A DNA stretch of 32,000 nt from Geobacteraceae bacterium GWC2_53_11 (GTDB lineage Bacteria; Desulfobacterota; Desulfuromonadia; Geobacterales; Pseudopelobacteraceae): NCBI GenBank assembly GCA_001802645.1, contig MGZJ01000061.1:24522-56521 (forward strand), given 5' to 3'. Positions 1-10,134 of the stretch are shown here, one piece after another. Below the pieces are notes generated by a model that saw only the letters and a program-made list of their open reading frames with translations, had not been told where the DNA came from and made no database searches. Position 1 is the first letter of the stretch. Each line of letters starts with the position of its first letter. Made by a program: the position numbers and the translations under genes.

Positions 1-1789
1 CCAGTCGGTGGCGCTGCGTCTGGTCTGTGAACGTGAAAAAGAAATTCTTGCCTTCAACGAACAGGAATACTGGACTATTGCGACCCGTCTCGGTATTGCG
101 CCTGGGCAGGAATTCAAGGCCGGTCTGGTTGATGTGGGGGGCGAAAAGCTCGGCAAGTTTGATATTCCGGGTGAGGATGTTGCGTCGGCTCTGAAAGCAT
201 CCTTGCAGTCGGGCCGTTACCAGGTTGCCAAAATCACGAAAACAGAAAGAAAGCGGAACCCTTCGCCTCCCTTTACAACATCAACACTCCAGCAGGAGGC
301 ATCGCGCAAGCTCGGTTTTTCCGCCAAGAAAACCATGTCAACAGCTCAGAAGCTCTATGAAGGGATTGATATCGGGGAAGAAGGCACGGTCGGCCTGATT
401 ACCTATATGCGTACCGACAGTGTCAACCTTTCTACCTTGGCGCTTCAGGACGCCCATGATGTGATTTCCGCGGCATACGGCAAGGAATATGCGCTCGCCA
501 AGCCGCGTATCTTCAAGACAAAATCAAAGAATGCCCAGGAGGCCCATGAGGCCGTCCGTCCGACCTATATCGCCAAAACCCCGACCGAGCTGCGGAAGTA
601 TCTGACACCTGACCTGTATAAACTGTATGAGCTGATCTGGAAACGAACCGTTGCCTGCCAGATGGCCGAAGCTTTGCTGGATCAGACGTCTGTTGACATT
701 ACGGCTGAGCTCTCGGTACCGTTGACTGCCGGTCCGTTTGCCGGAGCCGGCCGCGCCGGATTGCGCGCCGCCGGAACGGTTATCCGCTTTCCCGGTTTTA
801 TGAAGCTCTACATCGAAGGGCTCGATGATCAGGATGAAGAAAAGGAAGGCCTGCTTCCAGCCATGACTGAAGGAGCAGCGCTGAAACTGCACGAAGTCCT
901 CCCTGAACAGCACTTTACGCAGCCGCCTCCTCGTTACACCGAGGCGACACTGGTCAAGACGCTGGAGGAATACGGCATCGGACGCCCGTCAACCTTTGCC
1001 TCGATCATGAATACGTTGGTTGAGCGTAAATATGCTCGTCTCGACAAAAAACGCTTCTTCCCGGAAGATGTGGGTATGGTGGTCAGCGATCTGCTGACGG
1101 CCCATTTCCAGAAGTATGTTGACTATAACTTCACCGCCGGATTGGAAGAAGAGCTGGATCAGGTTTCTCGGGGCGAGAAAGAGTGGAAACCGCTTCTGAA
1201 GGAGTTTTGGGAGCCGTTTATCGCACTGTTGAAACAGAAAGAGGGTGAAGTCAACAAGTCTGATCTGACGACTGAAGTGACCGATGAACTTTGCCCGGAA
1301 TGTGGCAAGCCGCTGGTTGTCAAGCTTGGTAAACGCGGCAAGTTTATTGCCTGCTCCGGTTTTCAGGAAGGGTGTAAATATACCCGCAATGTTGATCAGG
1401 ATGGGGAGGTTGTAGAGCCTGTCATTTCTGATGAAAAATGCGAAAAGTGCGGTCAGCCGATGCTGATCAAGGATGGCCGCTTCGGTAAATATCTGGCCTG
1501 CTCCGGTTATCCGGCCTGCAAGAATATTCAGCCGTTGGTCAAGCCTGTTAGCACCGGTGTGGTCTGTCCGGAGTGCAAGGAAGGGGAGTTGACCGAGAAA
1601 AAATCACGATTTGGCAAACTGTTCTACTCTTGTAACCGCTATCCGCAGTGCAAGTTTGCGCTCTGGGATCTCCCCGTGGAAAGCCCCTGTCCGAAATGCG
1701 GTTTTCCGCTGCTGGTCAAAAAGATCTACAAGCGCAAGGGCGAATTCCTGAAGTGTCCCAAAGAGGGCTGCGACTACACCAGCGAGTAA
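1..1789 (+). CDS. topA: DNA topoisomerase I, C-terminal ~590 aa; 5' end lies outside the window
   Basis: The reading frame is open to base 1. The translation carries type IA topoisomerase core motifs (GLITYMRTDS, PPPRYTEATLVK, GIGRPSTFASI). Four C-terminal C4 zinc ribbons follow (CPECGKP..CSG, CEKCGQP..CSGYPAC, CPECKEG..CNRYPQC, CPKCGFP..CPKEGC). Confidence 0.95.
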   Translation, partial: QSVALRLVCEREKEILAFNEQEYWTIATRLGIAPGQEFKAGLVDVGGEKLGKFDIPGEDVASALKASLQSGRYQVAKITKTERKRNPSPPFTTSTLQQEASRKLGFSAKKTMSTAQKLYEGIDIGEEGTVGLITYMRTDSVNLSTLALQDAHDVISAAYGKEYALAKPRIFKTKSKNAQEAHEAVRPTYIAKTPTELRKYLTPDLYKLYELIWKRTVACQMAEALLDQTSVDITAELSVPLTAGPFAGAGRAGLRAAGTVIRFPGFMKLYIEGLDDQDEEKEGLLPAMTEGAALKLHEVLPEQHFTQPPPRYTEATLVKTLEEYGIGRPSTFASIMNTLVERKYARLDKKRFFPEDVGMVVSDLLTAHFQKYVDYNFTAGLEEELDQVSRGEKEWKPLLKEFWEPFIALLKQKEGEVNKSDLTTEVTDELCPECGKPLVVKLGKRGKFIACSGFQEGCKYTRNVDQDGEVVEPVISDEKCEKCGQPMLIKDGRFGKYLACSGYPACKNIQPLVKPVSTGVVCPECKEGELTEKKSRFGKLFYSCNRYPQCKFALWDLPVESPCPKCGFPLLVKKIYKRKGEFLKCPKEGCDYTSE

Positions 1790-1812
1790 GGCAAAAGATA
1801 TCATCAATCAGA

Positions 1813-1860
1813 AGCACGGGTTCCGAGCTACGCACAATGGTTTCGGTCCCGTGCTTTACT
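1813..1860 (+). terminator. Stem-loop after topA: AGCACGGG (1813..1820) pairs with CCCGTGCT (1848..1855), followed by TTTACTGTTT
   Basis: The inverted repeat was read directly and has an inner CCGA/TCGG pairing. It sits 24 nt after the topA stop. The loop is large and the U-tract is interrupted. Confidence 0.4.
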
Positions 1861-1879
1861 GTTTCTAAAGGAATACTAC

Positions 1880-3211
1880 ATGACTACAGAATATATTACC
1901 ATCATCGGCGGCGGATTGGCCGGATGCGAGGCCGCCTGGCAGGCTGCCCAACGCGGCGTATCCGTCGTGCTTCATGAGATGAAACCGCTGCGTTTCTCTC
2001 CGGCGCATGAGTTGCCCGGTCTGGCAGAACTGGTCTGCTCCAATTCTCTGCGCGGCATTTCGCTTGATAACGCTGTTGGGCTGCTCAAAGAGGAACTGCG
2101 TCGCTGCGGATCTCTGATTATGGAAGCTGCCGAAGCGACCTCGGTTCCCGCCGGAGGGGCTCTGGCCGTTGATCGCCAGCTGTTTTCCGGCTACGTTACC
2201 AGCAAGATTGAATCCCACCCCCTGATCAGGATCGAGCGCACGGAAGCAACGAGCATTCCGGCTGAAGGAACCGTCATTATCGCTTCCGGCCCGCTCACCA
2301 GTGACGCCTTGGCAACCACTCTTTCAGAATTGACCGGTGACCGGCTCTATTTTTATGATGCCATTGCACCGATTGTGGCTGCCGATTCACTCGACATGAC
2401 CAAGGTCTTTGCCGCCTCGCGTTATGGCAAGGGGGATGGCGATGATTACCTCAACTGTCCGCTCGATGAGGCTGAGTACCTGAGATTTATTGATGAACTG
2501 AATCGTGGCGAAAAGGTTCCGGCTCGAGATTTTGAAAAGGCGGTCCATTTCGAAGGGTGCATGCCGGTCGAAGAGCTTGCGGCCCGCGGCGTCGAAACCC
2601 TTCGTTTCGGTCCCATGAAGCCGGTCGGTTTGATCGATCCGCATACCGGACACGAAGCCCACGCGGTCATTCAACTGCGTGCCGAAAACCGGGAGAAGAC
2701 CATGTACAATCTGGTCGGGTTTCAAACCAAGCTGACCTGGCCGGAACAGCGCCGGGTGTTCCGCATGATCCCGGGGCTTGAAAACGTTGAATTTGTCCGC
2801 CTTGGTTCGATGCATCGTAATACCTTTATCAACTCTCCCGCGCTACTGGAAACAACCCAGCAGTTGAAAAGTGACAGCCGTATTTTCTTTGCCGGTCAGA
2901 TTACCGGTGTTGAGGGGTATGTCGAGTCAGCTGCGAGCGGTTTTCTGGCGGGCATTGACGCTGCCAGACGTATCCAAGGCGAGAGCCTGGTCGTGCCGCC
3001 GCCCGAAACCGCTCTGGGCGCCTTGATGCATCATATTACCAATGCAGATGTGAAGCATTTCCAGCCGATGAATGTGAATTACGGCCTCTTTCCCGAGTTG
3101 CCGGGGAAAATCAAGAAGAAGGAGCGTCGCCAGAAGCTGGCGGAGCGGGCGCTGGAAGCGCTTGAAGTATGGAAAACAGGTGTGCTGGGCTGTAACCACA
3201 GGGACGCGTGA
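1880..3211 (+). CDS. trmFO: Methylenetetrahydrofolate--tRNA-(uracil54-C5)-methyltransferase (FADH2-oxidizing), TrmFO/Gid
   Basis: The 443-aa ORF has an N-terminal FAD dinucleotide-binding motif ([18 protein letters not shown]). Its length and conserved blocks ([26 protein letters not shown]) are typical of TrmFO. An AAGGAA RBS lies 6 nt upstream, and the gene follows topA as in many genomes. Confidence 0.92.
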   Translation: MTTEYITIIGGGLAGCEAAWQAAQRGVSVVLHEMKPLRFSPAHELPGLAELVCSNSLRGISLDNAVGLLKEELRRCGSLIMEAAEATSVPAGGALAVDRQLFSGYVTSKIESHPLIRIERTEATSIPAEGTVIIASGPLTSDALATTLSELTGDRLYFYDAIAPIVAADSLDMTKVFAASRYGKGDGDDYLNCPLDEAEYLRFIDELNRGEKVPARDFEKAVHFEGCMPVEELAARGVETLRFGPMKPVGLIDPHTGHEAHAVIQLRAENREKTMYNLVGFQTKLTWPEQRRVFRMIPGLENVEFVRLGSMHRNTFINSPALLETTQQLKSDSRIFFAGQITGVEGYVESAASGFLAGIDAARRIQGESLVVPPPETALGALMHHITNADVKHFQPMNVNYGLFPELPGKIKKKERRQKLAERALEALEVWKTGVLGCNHRDA

Positions 3212-3313
3212 GCCGGCGTTCTTGATTAAACAGCTTGATAAGCATCGGGCAGTTTGTTTACTATGGACAAGTAACAATTACATCTGCTTTACAGTTTCAA
3301 GAAGGAACGAACT

Positions 3314-4594
3314 ATGTCTAACGATGTAATAGATCCCCTCAAACGGGTTGAAGACCAACTGAAAAAATGCGTCAAATGCGGCGCCTGCCGTACCAACTGT
3401 CCGGCGTTTGCCGCATTTCAGCGTGAACCGGCGGTAGCTCGCGGCAAGGTGGCTCTGGCGCAGCACATTCTGACCGATGATATAGAGCTGGATGACCAGA
3501 CCTATCAGGCAATGTCCAAATGCCTGCTCTGCGGCAGCTGTGTCGAGAAATGTCCCAATGATGTGCCGACCGATGAAATCGTCATTGCCGCCCGCGAGTC
3601 GCTGGCACAAAAGCGTGGTCTGACCACCTTTCATGCCGCCGTTGGGCAGGTGATAAAAAACCGGACTCGCATGAAAATGGGGGCCAAGATGGCCTCATTA
3701 CTAGGACCGTTGTTCTTCAAAAAAGTACCTGAAACATCCGGATTGCGCTTGCGTTTTCCGGCGCCGTTTATTGGTAACAAACGCTTTATCCCCCAAATCG
3801 CCAAAACCTCTTTTATCGACCAACATCCCGAAGTCATTCCGGGGGAGCCGGGCAAGCCGCGCATTGCATTTTTTGTCGGCTGTATGACCAATTTTGTCTA
3901 TACGGATGTCGGAGAAGCGACGCTGGCTCTGTTCCGCCATCTCGGCTGCACGATTATCATCCCCAAAGGGCAGCAGTGTTGCGGTCTGCCGGGTATGTCG
4001 GGAGGTGACATCTCTACGGTGCGCGATCTGGCGGAGCGGAATCTGGCGGAGTTTGAAAAATACGAAGTGGATTATGTCATGACCGCTTGTGCAACCTGCG
4101 GTGGTGCACTGCATCGCCTCTATCCGCTCGTGGTGGGAAAGCGCAATCCGGAATTGCGCGAGCGTCTTGAAGCGCTGGCGAAAAAGACCGTGGATGCTTC
4201 GCAACTGCTGCAACAGCTTGGCTTGAATCCCGCCGAAACCGGCGGCGGCGAAGCTCTGCGTATTACCTATCACGACCCGTGTCACCTGCGTACACGCGGC
4301 ATAACAAAGCAGCCGCGTGAGTTGTTAAAAGCAACGCCCGGAGTTGAACTGGTTGAAATGGAAGGAGCCGACAAATGCTGTGGTCTGGGCGGAACCTTCA
4401 ATGTCTACCACTATGACTCATCCATGACGATCAATGATGTGAAGAGTGAAGCGATTGTTGCAACAGGGGCTGATGTCGTTGTCACCGGTTGTCCCGGCTG
4501 CATGATGCAGTTGTCCGACGGCCTTAAACAGCATGGCTCTTCTGCCGAAGTAATGCATACCGTGCAGCTGCTGGCGCGTGGACTCAAACGGTGA
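3314..4594 (+). CDS. GlcF-like (Fe-S)-binding oxidoreductase subunit with two 4Fe-4S ferredoxin motifs and two CCG cysteine-rich domains
   Basis: CVKCGACRTNCP and CLLCGSCVEKCP are CxxCxxCxxxCP motifs. CCGLPG and CCGLGG, together with CPGC, are CCG-domain signatures as in GlcF/HdrD/LutA-type proteins. A GAAGGAA RBS lies 6 nt upstream. Confidence 0.85.
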   Translation: MSNDVIDPLKRVEDQLKKCVKCGACRTNCPAFAAFQREPAVARGKVALAQHILTDDIELDDQTYQAMSKCLLCGSCVEKCPNDVPTDEIVIAARESLAQKRGLTTFHAAVGQVIKNRTRMKMGAKMASLLGPLFFKKVPETSGLRLRFPAPFIGNKRFIPQIAKTSFIDQHPEVIPGEPGKPRIAFFVGCMTNFVYTDVGEATLALFRHLGCTIIIPKGQQCCGLPGMSGGDISTVRDLAERNLAEFEKYEVDYVMTACATCGGALHRLYPLVVGKRNPELRERLEALAKKTVDASQLLQQLGLNPAETGGGEALRITYHDPCHLRTRGITKQPRELLKATPGVELVEMEGADKCCGLGGTFNVYHYDSSMTINDVKSEAIVATGADVVVTGCPGCMMQLSDGLKQHGSSAEVMHTVQLLARGLKR

Positions 4595-4667
4595 GCTAAA
4601 TTTTTACTCGCAGTAAACCTGTCTTTATTTACACTGATATTATTTGGCTCGTACTGAAGGAATTTTA

Positions 4668-4694
4668 TTGACATTGTAAAGCAAATTGTATACA
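4668..4694 (+). promoter_or_regulatory. Candidate sigma70 promoter for the XRE-cupin gene: -35 TTGACA 4668..4673, -10 TATACA 4689..4694, overlapped by the palindrome TTGTATACAA 4686..4695
   Basis: The hexamers were read directly. The spacer is only 15 nt (16 if the -10 is ATACAA). The element lies ~50 nt upstream of the ATG at 4741. Confidence 0.4.
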
Positions 4695-4740
4695 AACCCC
4701 GCACGGAAACTGAGTTTTACTTTTATAGTCAGGGGTTTGG

Positions 4741-5304
4741 ATGCGCGAATTCAACATCGGGGCTAAAATTAAAAAGCTCCGCCTTTCAAAAAAACTGACA
4801 CTTCAGGCAGTTGCCAAAGAGACCGGTTTTTCACCGGCGCTTATCTCCCAAATCGAGAACAATAACGTTTCACCTCCGATTGCCACTCTCTCAAGAATTG
4901 CCAAGTTCTTCGATGTAAAGATCGGCCTGTTCTTCACGGAAGATGAAGAAGAATGTCGCTTTGAAGTCGTTCGTTCGTATGAGCGCAAGGCAATTCCCCG
5001 CGTTATCTCCAAAGCCGGTACCACCCAGGGCTACTCCTACGAATCACTTTCGTTTCACAAGCAAAACAAGAAAATGGAGCCGTTTCTGCTCTCCATTACC
5101 CAAAAGGCCCTTGAAGAGAATACTTACAGCCACGACGGGGAAGAGTTCCTGTTTATCATGAAGGGCACTGCAGAGCTGATGCTTGATGATAAACGAATTA
5201 TTCTGGAAGAGGGTGACTGTGTGTATTTTGATTCTTCGTTAAAACACCGTCTGCTTTCAAAAGATGGTAGCGAAGTAAAGGTCTTGGCCGTTGTTACCCG
5301 ATAA
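4741..5304 (+). CDS. XRE-family transcriptional regulator with a C-terminal cupin sensor domain
   Basis: The N-terminal HTH (IKKLRLSKKLTLQAVAKETGFSPALISQIENNNVSP) is the Cro/C1/XRE signature. The C-terminal ~70 aa (HDGEEFLFIMKGTAELMLDD..GDCVYFDSSLKH) is cupin-like. Confidence 0.85.
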   Translation: MREFNIGAKIKKLRLSKKLTLQAVAKETGFSPALISQIENNNVSPPIATLSRIAKFFDVKIGLFFTEDEEECRFEVVRSYERKAIPRVISKAGTTQGYSYESLSFHKQNKKMEPFLLSITQKALEENTYSHDGEEFLFIMKGTAELMLDDKRIILEEGDCVYFDSSLKHRLLSKDGSEVKVLAVVTR

Positions 5305-5367
5305 TATTTGGACACCGTTTAGCCAACTCAGGTCGTAGATATACATTAAACTGGAAGGATGGTTGAG

Positions 5368-7092
5368 ATGTCAAAAAAAGCGATAAAACCTTCACTGAAG
5401 AACCCGTTTGCACCCCGGGAAACCGTTGAATTTACCATTCCCGGCGAGATTCCGGGCAAGAAGGGGGGCTATGAAGAGGCGATGAAGGAAGGTCATGACC
5501 TGATCCAGCGTCCCGTCAAGTCGGTCAGTATTGCCCAGATTGAAAAACAGCATTTCAAAAAACGTATGACCGTGTGGGAGCGAATCCGTGTCCTGACGGA
5601 AAACGATCCCAATATCCTCTTTCAGAACTGGGGCAAGAATCTTGACGGCGCTTCTCTGGTGACTGGCATCCTTAATGTCAATGGACGCGATGTCGCTGTT
5701 TATGGCCACGACTTTACCGTGCGAGCCGGTTCCATCGATGCTACTAACGGTCGCAAGTTAGCCCTTCTGTTCCAGATGGCAGGCGAAAAAGGTATTCCGC
5801 TGATTGGTATGAACGACTCTGCCGGCGCATTTGTACCAGCAGGTGTCGGTGGTCTGGACGGTTATGCCGAAGCATTTACGGCACTCCGTAAAATCAGCGG
5901 CGTTGTACCATCCATCATGTGCATGTTCGGCTTCAATGCCGGTGGCGGCAGCTATCTTCCGCGTCAGGGTAGCTTCCTGATTCAGCCGCAGGACACTTTT
6001 TTCGGCCTGACCGGTCCGGGTGTCGTCAAGACCGTTCTGGGTGAAGATGTCACTCCTGAAGAGCTGGGTGGACCGAAAGTACACGGACAGTCAGGCGTTG
6101 CCGATATGACTGTGGAAGATGAGGTCGATGCTCTGCGTACGGCGCTGCAGCTGCTCTCTTATCTCCCAGACAACAACAGTGTTGCGCCCCGTTTCCGTGA
6201 GACGACCGATCCACTGGATAGAAAAACCTGGGAGATCAACACGCTGCTCAAAAAAGCCTTTAACTCGCCGACCGGGTTTAATACCCCGTTTGACGTGTCA
6301 ATCATGATCCAGCAGATCTGCGATCATGGGGACTATTTTGAGCTTCAGCGTGACCGTGCCCGCGAGGCAGTGACCGCTCTCGGCCGTTTGGGCGGCAATG
6401 TCGTCGGATTCGTGGCCAACAACAGTGCCGTTGCCTCCGGTCAGATTACCGTGGATTCGGCTTACAAGATTGCCCGCTTCAACCGTTTTTGCAATATTTA
6501 CAATATCCCCATGATCTTCATGGAAGACACGACCGGCTTCCTGCCGGGCAAGGAACAGGAAGGACGCGGCATCGTACAGGCCGGTCGCGCCATGCTGGAT
6601 TCCATCGTTGATATCAGAACGCCGCGTATCCTGCTGATCATCCGCAACGCTTACGGCGGGGCATATGCTTCATACAACAACTATCCTACCGGCGCTGACC
6701 TGGTATTGGCACTCCCAACTACGCGTCTTGCGGTTATGGGGCCTGCTGGTAAGGAATTTGTCTACAAGGACGAAGTGCGCAAGATTCGTGCATCGGCTGC
6801 CGAGCGGGTAAAAACCGGCACGCAGGAGCGCGTTGCAGCCGGTATGTCTCCTGGCGAGGCCAAAATAGATGCCGAAAAGGATGCCGCAGATTGGTTGAAA
6901 ATAGAAGATACGGCATTAAATCAGCGCTATGAAAAAGAACTTATGAATCCGAAAGAGGGCCTGGCACTGGGTTCTATCTCCTCCCTCGTTATGCCCACCG
7001 ACCTGCGCAAGGTGCTGGGTGAAAACATGAACTTCTTCCTGCGTCACTACAAGCCGGGTCCGATGCAGGGTGTTCAGCGCGAGTTCCATTAA
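5368..7092 (+). CDS. Acyl-CoA carboxyltransferase (PccB/12S-like, fused alpha+beta CT domains), probably specific for propionyl-CoA/methylmalonyl-CoA
   Basis: Two crotonase-fold carboxyltransferase halves are visible ([34 protein letters not shown] and [35 protein letters not shown]). The ORF track starts at 5359, but the GGAAGG RBS at 5353..5358 fits the ATG at 5368 better. Confidence 0.88.
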   Translation: MSKKAIKPSLKNPFAPRETVEFTIPGEIPGKKGGYEEAMKEGHDLIQRPVKSVSIAQIEKQHFKKRMTVWERIRVLTENDPNILFQNWGKNLDGASLVTGILNVNGRDVAVYGHDFTVRAGSIDATNGRKLALLFQMAGEKGIPLIGMNDSAGAFVPAGVGGLDGYAEAFTALRKISGVVPSIMCMFGFNAGGGSYLPRQGSFLIQPQDTFFGLTGPGVVKTVLGEDVTPEELGGPKVHGQSGVADMTVEDEVDALRTALQLLSYLPDNNSVAPRFRETTDPLDRKTWEINTLLKKAFNSPTGFNTPFDVSIMIQQICDHGDYFELQRDRAREAVTALGRLGGNVVGFVANNSAVASGQITVDSAYKIARFNRFCNIYNIPMIFMEDTTGFLPGKEQEGRGIVQAGRAMLDSIVDIRTPRILLIIRNAYGGAYASYNNYPTGADLVLALPTTRLAVMGPAGKEFVYKDEVRKIRASAAERVKTGTQERVAAGMSPGEAKIDAEKDAADWLKIEDTALNQRYEKELMNPKEGLALGSISSLVMPTDLRKVLGENMNFFLRHYKPGPMQGVQREFH

Positions 7093-7125
7093 TTTCATTC
7101 ATTTCAGATTGGAGATAAAGAAGCC

Positions 7126-10035
7126 ATGCCACAGACTGATTACTACAAGCATAATCCACTGATCCACCGGAACCGTAAATTGGGTAAATCTACGTCCGAA
7201 TGGGTACGCTCCTTTTCCTGCGAGGATCTCAAGCCGCTGATCGTGTGCCGTGGTCCGATTCGTAAGGAAGCGATGGATGTTTATGAAGAAATGGGAATTT
7301 CCCACTACGGCATTCTGCTGTCCGAGAAGGATTCGATCATTTATCCGAATGCGCTCGCGCCCGAACTGCGCCAGTTGACCGATTCAAATCGTGTCCACCG
7401 GGTCCCTGATTACAGCGGTGCCAGCAAGGAAGAGCGTATCGAGCGCATCAACCAGATCATCAACATGGCCAAGGACAACGGCTATGACTCGATTTTTGCC
7501 GGGTACGGATTTATGGCTGAGGACGAGGAGTTCGTTGCTGCCATTGAAAAAGCAGGCCTCAAGTTTATCGGACCATGTGCTGCAACTCAGGCCAGGGCAG
7601 GTAAAAAGGATGAAGCGAAGCGTACGGCTTTACAGGTAAACGTCAGTGTTACTCCCGGTATCAACAATGTAACAGCCCTGACACTGCTTAAAAAATATCC
7701 AACCCGCGAAAAACTGATCAAGCTGGTTCAAGCCGAAGGGTTGGCCTGCGACAAAAAGATACTTGCGGACAAGAAGATTTCTGACGAAGTGGTGGCTGAT
7801 CATATCCTGATGACCTCCTACAGCAAGGGAATCGACCTGTTTTCCATTGAAGAACTTTGTGCCCAGGTGCAGACGGAAGTTGCTGGACTTTTTAAGAAGT
7901 ATCCGCAAAGCCGGTTCCGTATCAAGGCTATTGGCGGCGGCGGCGGTAAGGGACAGCGTATTGTCGGGGCTTCTCTGCTGGCATTGAAAAAGGCCGATGA
8001 CAAGGCGATTGCCAAGGCGGCAGCCGAGGCACCTGCCATGGTGCGCGAAGTCCTGAATGAAGTCAAAGCCACCGGTGTCGGTGAAAATAAAAACGTCCTG
8101 ATCGAACTGAATATAGAGCAGACCCGGCATAATGAAATCCAGTTGCTGGGAAATGGCGAGTGGTGCGTTTCTCTCGGCGGTCGTGACTGCTCCCTGCAGA
8201 TGCACGAACAGAAACTCCTGGAGGTTTCCGTTACGCAGGAAGGGTTGATGGCTGCCATTGAGAAGGCAAAGGCAGCCGGTCGCAAGGCTGAAGTCAAGGC
8301 GCTGGAAAGCGATCTGAAAGTTCTCGCCCGGATGGAAGAGGAGTCGGCCCGTTTTGGCCAGGCCGTAGGACTTGATTCCGCCTCAACCTTCGAGTGTATT
8401 GTCGATCGTGATCGTCACTTTTTCATGGAAGTGAATACCCGCATCCAGGTTGAACATCGCGTTACTGAGCTCTGTTACAGCCTCAAGTTCACTAACCCCA
8501 AGGACAAGAAAGATTTCTTCGTCGTCGAGTCGCTGGTCGAGGCGATGGCCCTGCTGGCGCAACATAAGGAGCGTCTGCCCAAGCCGGAGCGCATTGTCCG
8601 CTTTAACGCTTCCGTAGAGGCCCGTCTGAATGCGACTGATGCGTCGCTGTCTCCCCATGCCGGCGGCATGATCCGCTACTGGTCGAAGCCGATCAAAGGC
8701 GAAGTCCGTGATGATCAGGGCATCTGCATGACCAACCCTGATACCGGGATTTTCATGAAGTACAAGGTCGCCGGTGCATATGACTCCAATATAGCCCTGC
8801 TTCTCACCAAGGGAGAAGACCGGCTAGCCAGCTACGAACGTCTCTCTGATGTCCTGTGCAGCACAACGCTGCGCGGCAGCGCCCTGGCAACGAACCTTGA
8901 ATTCCATTACGGCCTGGTCAACTGGTTTTTGGGCAGGAATGTCATGGCCAAGCCGACGACCCGCTTCGTGGTCCCGTATCTGGCGCTGGTCGGTACCCTC
9001 AAGGAAGAATCAAATCGTCTGGACGTCGTCTACGCCTTCATCCAGATGAAGAAACACTATGCAAAGCACGTGGCCGAACAATTTGCCGACCAGCCGGATG
9101 TGTGTGCCAAAGAGCTGAAGAATATGTCGTCTCTGCTTGATCGTAAGGGAACCCTGATTACCCGTCCCATGGAACGGCTTCTTGAAGATCCGCACCTTCT
9201 CTCGGGCTGGTTGAGTATGAACACGAAAAACTTCCGTATCGAGAAGGGCAAGGTTATCTGGCTGAGAAACCCTCTTGGGGTTCTCAATGAGACGTACGAA
9301 TACCTGCATATGAATTATCGCAAGCACAAGCCGGCAGCGGAAATTATCTGGGATCATGACAACGAGCTGCTTCAGCAGTCACTGCATTTCTACCGCACTC
9401 TGCGGGAAAAACTCGGGCTTGAGCGGGATGAATATTTCAAGCTCAATGAACTGGTCAAAAAAGAGAAGCCCCAGGCCGGTTTCGACGCCGAGACTTGGGA
9501 GCAGATCCGTTCTGCGCACTTTGGCTATGAAGCTGGTCTTGAATTGCTGGGCATGCTGTTCCTGATTGGCGAAAACACCAAATTCTGGGATATGAAAGTT
9601 CTGGACGATCTGGAAGTGGTAATCCCCGATTACCTGACCGACCTCGATCTTCAGGCCCGGATGAAAAAGATCCTGGTTCCGCCACCGGCTACGAAAGCGG
9701 ACGAAATCGTTGCGGTATGCGGCGGGATGTACTATGGCCAGGAAGCACCGGGGCTGCCGACGTTTGTCAGCGAAGGGATGCATTTCGAGAAGGATCAACC
9801 GCTCTATATCATTGAAGTTATGAAAATGTTCAATACCATCCGGGCACCTTTCTCCGGAACCATTGACAAGATCATCATGGAAGGGGGCGATGGCACAATC
9901 GTCCAGAAGGGGCAGCCGCTCTTTAAAATCACTCCGGATGAAAAGTTTATCGAAGTCGATCAGAAGGCGATCGATAAAGAAAAACGTGAGCGGACTACGG
10001 AATACCTGAAGGCCGTGCTGCATAATGCGCTGTAG
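7126..10035 (+). CDS. Atypically long (969 aa) biotin carboxylase (ATP-grasp) fused to a C-terminal biotin carboxyl carrier domain
   Basis: Biotin carboxylase catalytic blocks are present: glycine loop IGGGGGKGQRIV, RDCSLQMHEQKLLE, and MEVNTRIQVEHRVTE. The C-terminal biotinyl motif EVMKMF places the predicted biotin-lysine codon at 9823..9825. A GGAGA RBS lies 10 nt upstream. Confidence 0.88.
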   Translation: MPQTDYYKHNPLIHRNRKLGKSTSEWVRSFSCEDLKPLIVCRGPIRKEAMDVYEEMGISHYGILLSEKDSIIYPNALAPELRQLTDSNRVHRVPDYSGASKEERIERINQIINMAKDNGYDSIFAGYGFMAEDEEFVAAIEKAGLKFIGPCAATQARAGKKDEAKRTALQVNVSVTPGINNVTALTLLKKYPTREKLIKLVQAEGLACDKKILADKKISDEVVADHILMTSYSKGIDLFSIEELCAQVQTEVAGLFKKYPQSRFRIKAIGGGGGKGQRIVGASLLALKKADDKAIAKAAAEAPAMVREVLNEVKATGVGENKNVLIELNIEQTRHNEIQLLGNGEWCVSLGGRDCSLQMHEQKLLEVSVTQEGLMAAIEKAKAAGRKAEVKALESDLKVLARMEEESARFGQAVGLDSASTFECIVDRDRHFFMEVNTRIQVEHRVTELCYSLKFTNPKDKKDFFVVESLVEAMALLAQHKERLPKPERIVRFNASVEARLNATDASLSPHAGGMIRYWSKPIKGEVRDDQGICMTNPDTGIFMKYKVAGAYDSNIALLLTKGEDRLASYERLSDVLCSTTLRGSALATNLEFHYGLVNWFLGRNVMAKPTTRFVVPYLALVGTLKEESNRLDVVYAFIQMKKHYAKHVAEQFADQPDVCAKELKNMSSLLDRKGTLITRPMERLLEDPHLLSGWLSMNTKNFRIEKGKVIWLRNPLGVLNETYEYLHMNYRKHKPAAEIIWDHDNELLQQSLHFYRTLREKLGLERDEYFKLNELVKKEKPQAGFDAETWEQIRSAHFGYEAGLELLGMLFLIGENTKFWDMKVLDDLEVVIPDYLTDLDLQARMKKILVPPPATKADEIVAVCGGMYYGQEAPGLPTFVSEGMHFEKDQPLYIIEVMKMFNTIRAPFSGTIDKIIMEGGDGTIVQKGQPLFKITPDEKFIEVDQKAIDKEKRERTTEYLKAVLHNAL

Positions 10036-10066
10036 GTACTGATTGAATGAGACGCTGAAGTTAAAG

Positions 10067-10106
10067 CCAGGGCGGGGAGTAGTGCTTCTCCCCCTGGTTT
10101 TTTTTT
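10067..10106 (+). terminator. Rho-independent terminator after the carboxylase genes
   Basis: A GC-rich stem CCAGGG(C)GGGGAG / CTCCCCCTGG of ~12 bp with one bulge is followed by a run of nine T (10098..10106). Confidence 0.85.
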
Positions 10107-10134
10107 GAATACAATCTGTGTAAAGGGGCTACAT

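Noticed and set aside
7630-8205. Antisense ORFs of 190-215 aa inside the carboxylase gene (7630..8205, 7818..8297, 9379..10023) and inside atpA (19466..20041).
   Set aside because: Each lies opposite a gene with strong family motifs. None has a start context or recognisable domains.
10105-10134. A TTG-initiated extension of the mutase ORF.
   Set aside because: The TTG lies within the T9 run of the upstream terminator. The ATG at 10135 has a proper RBS.
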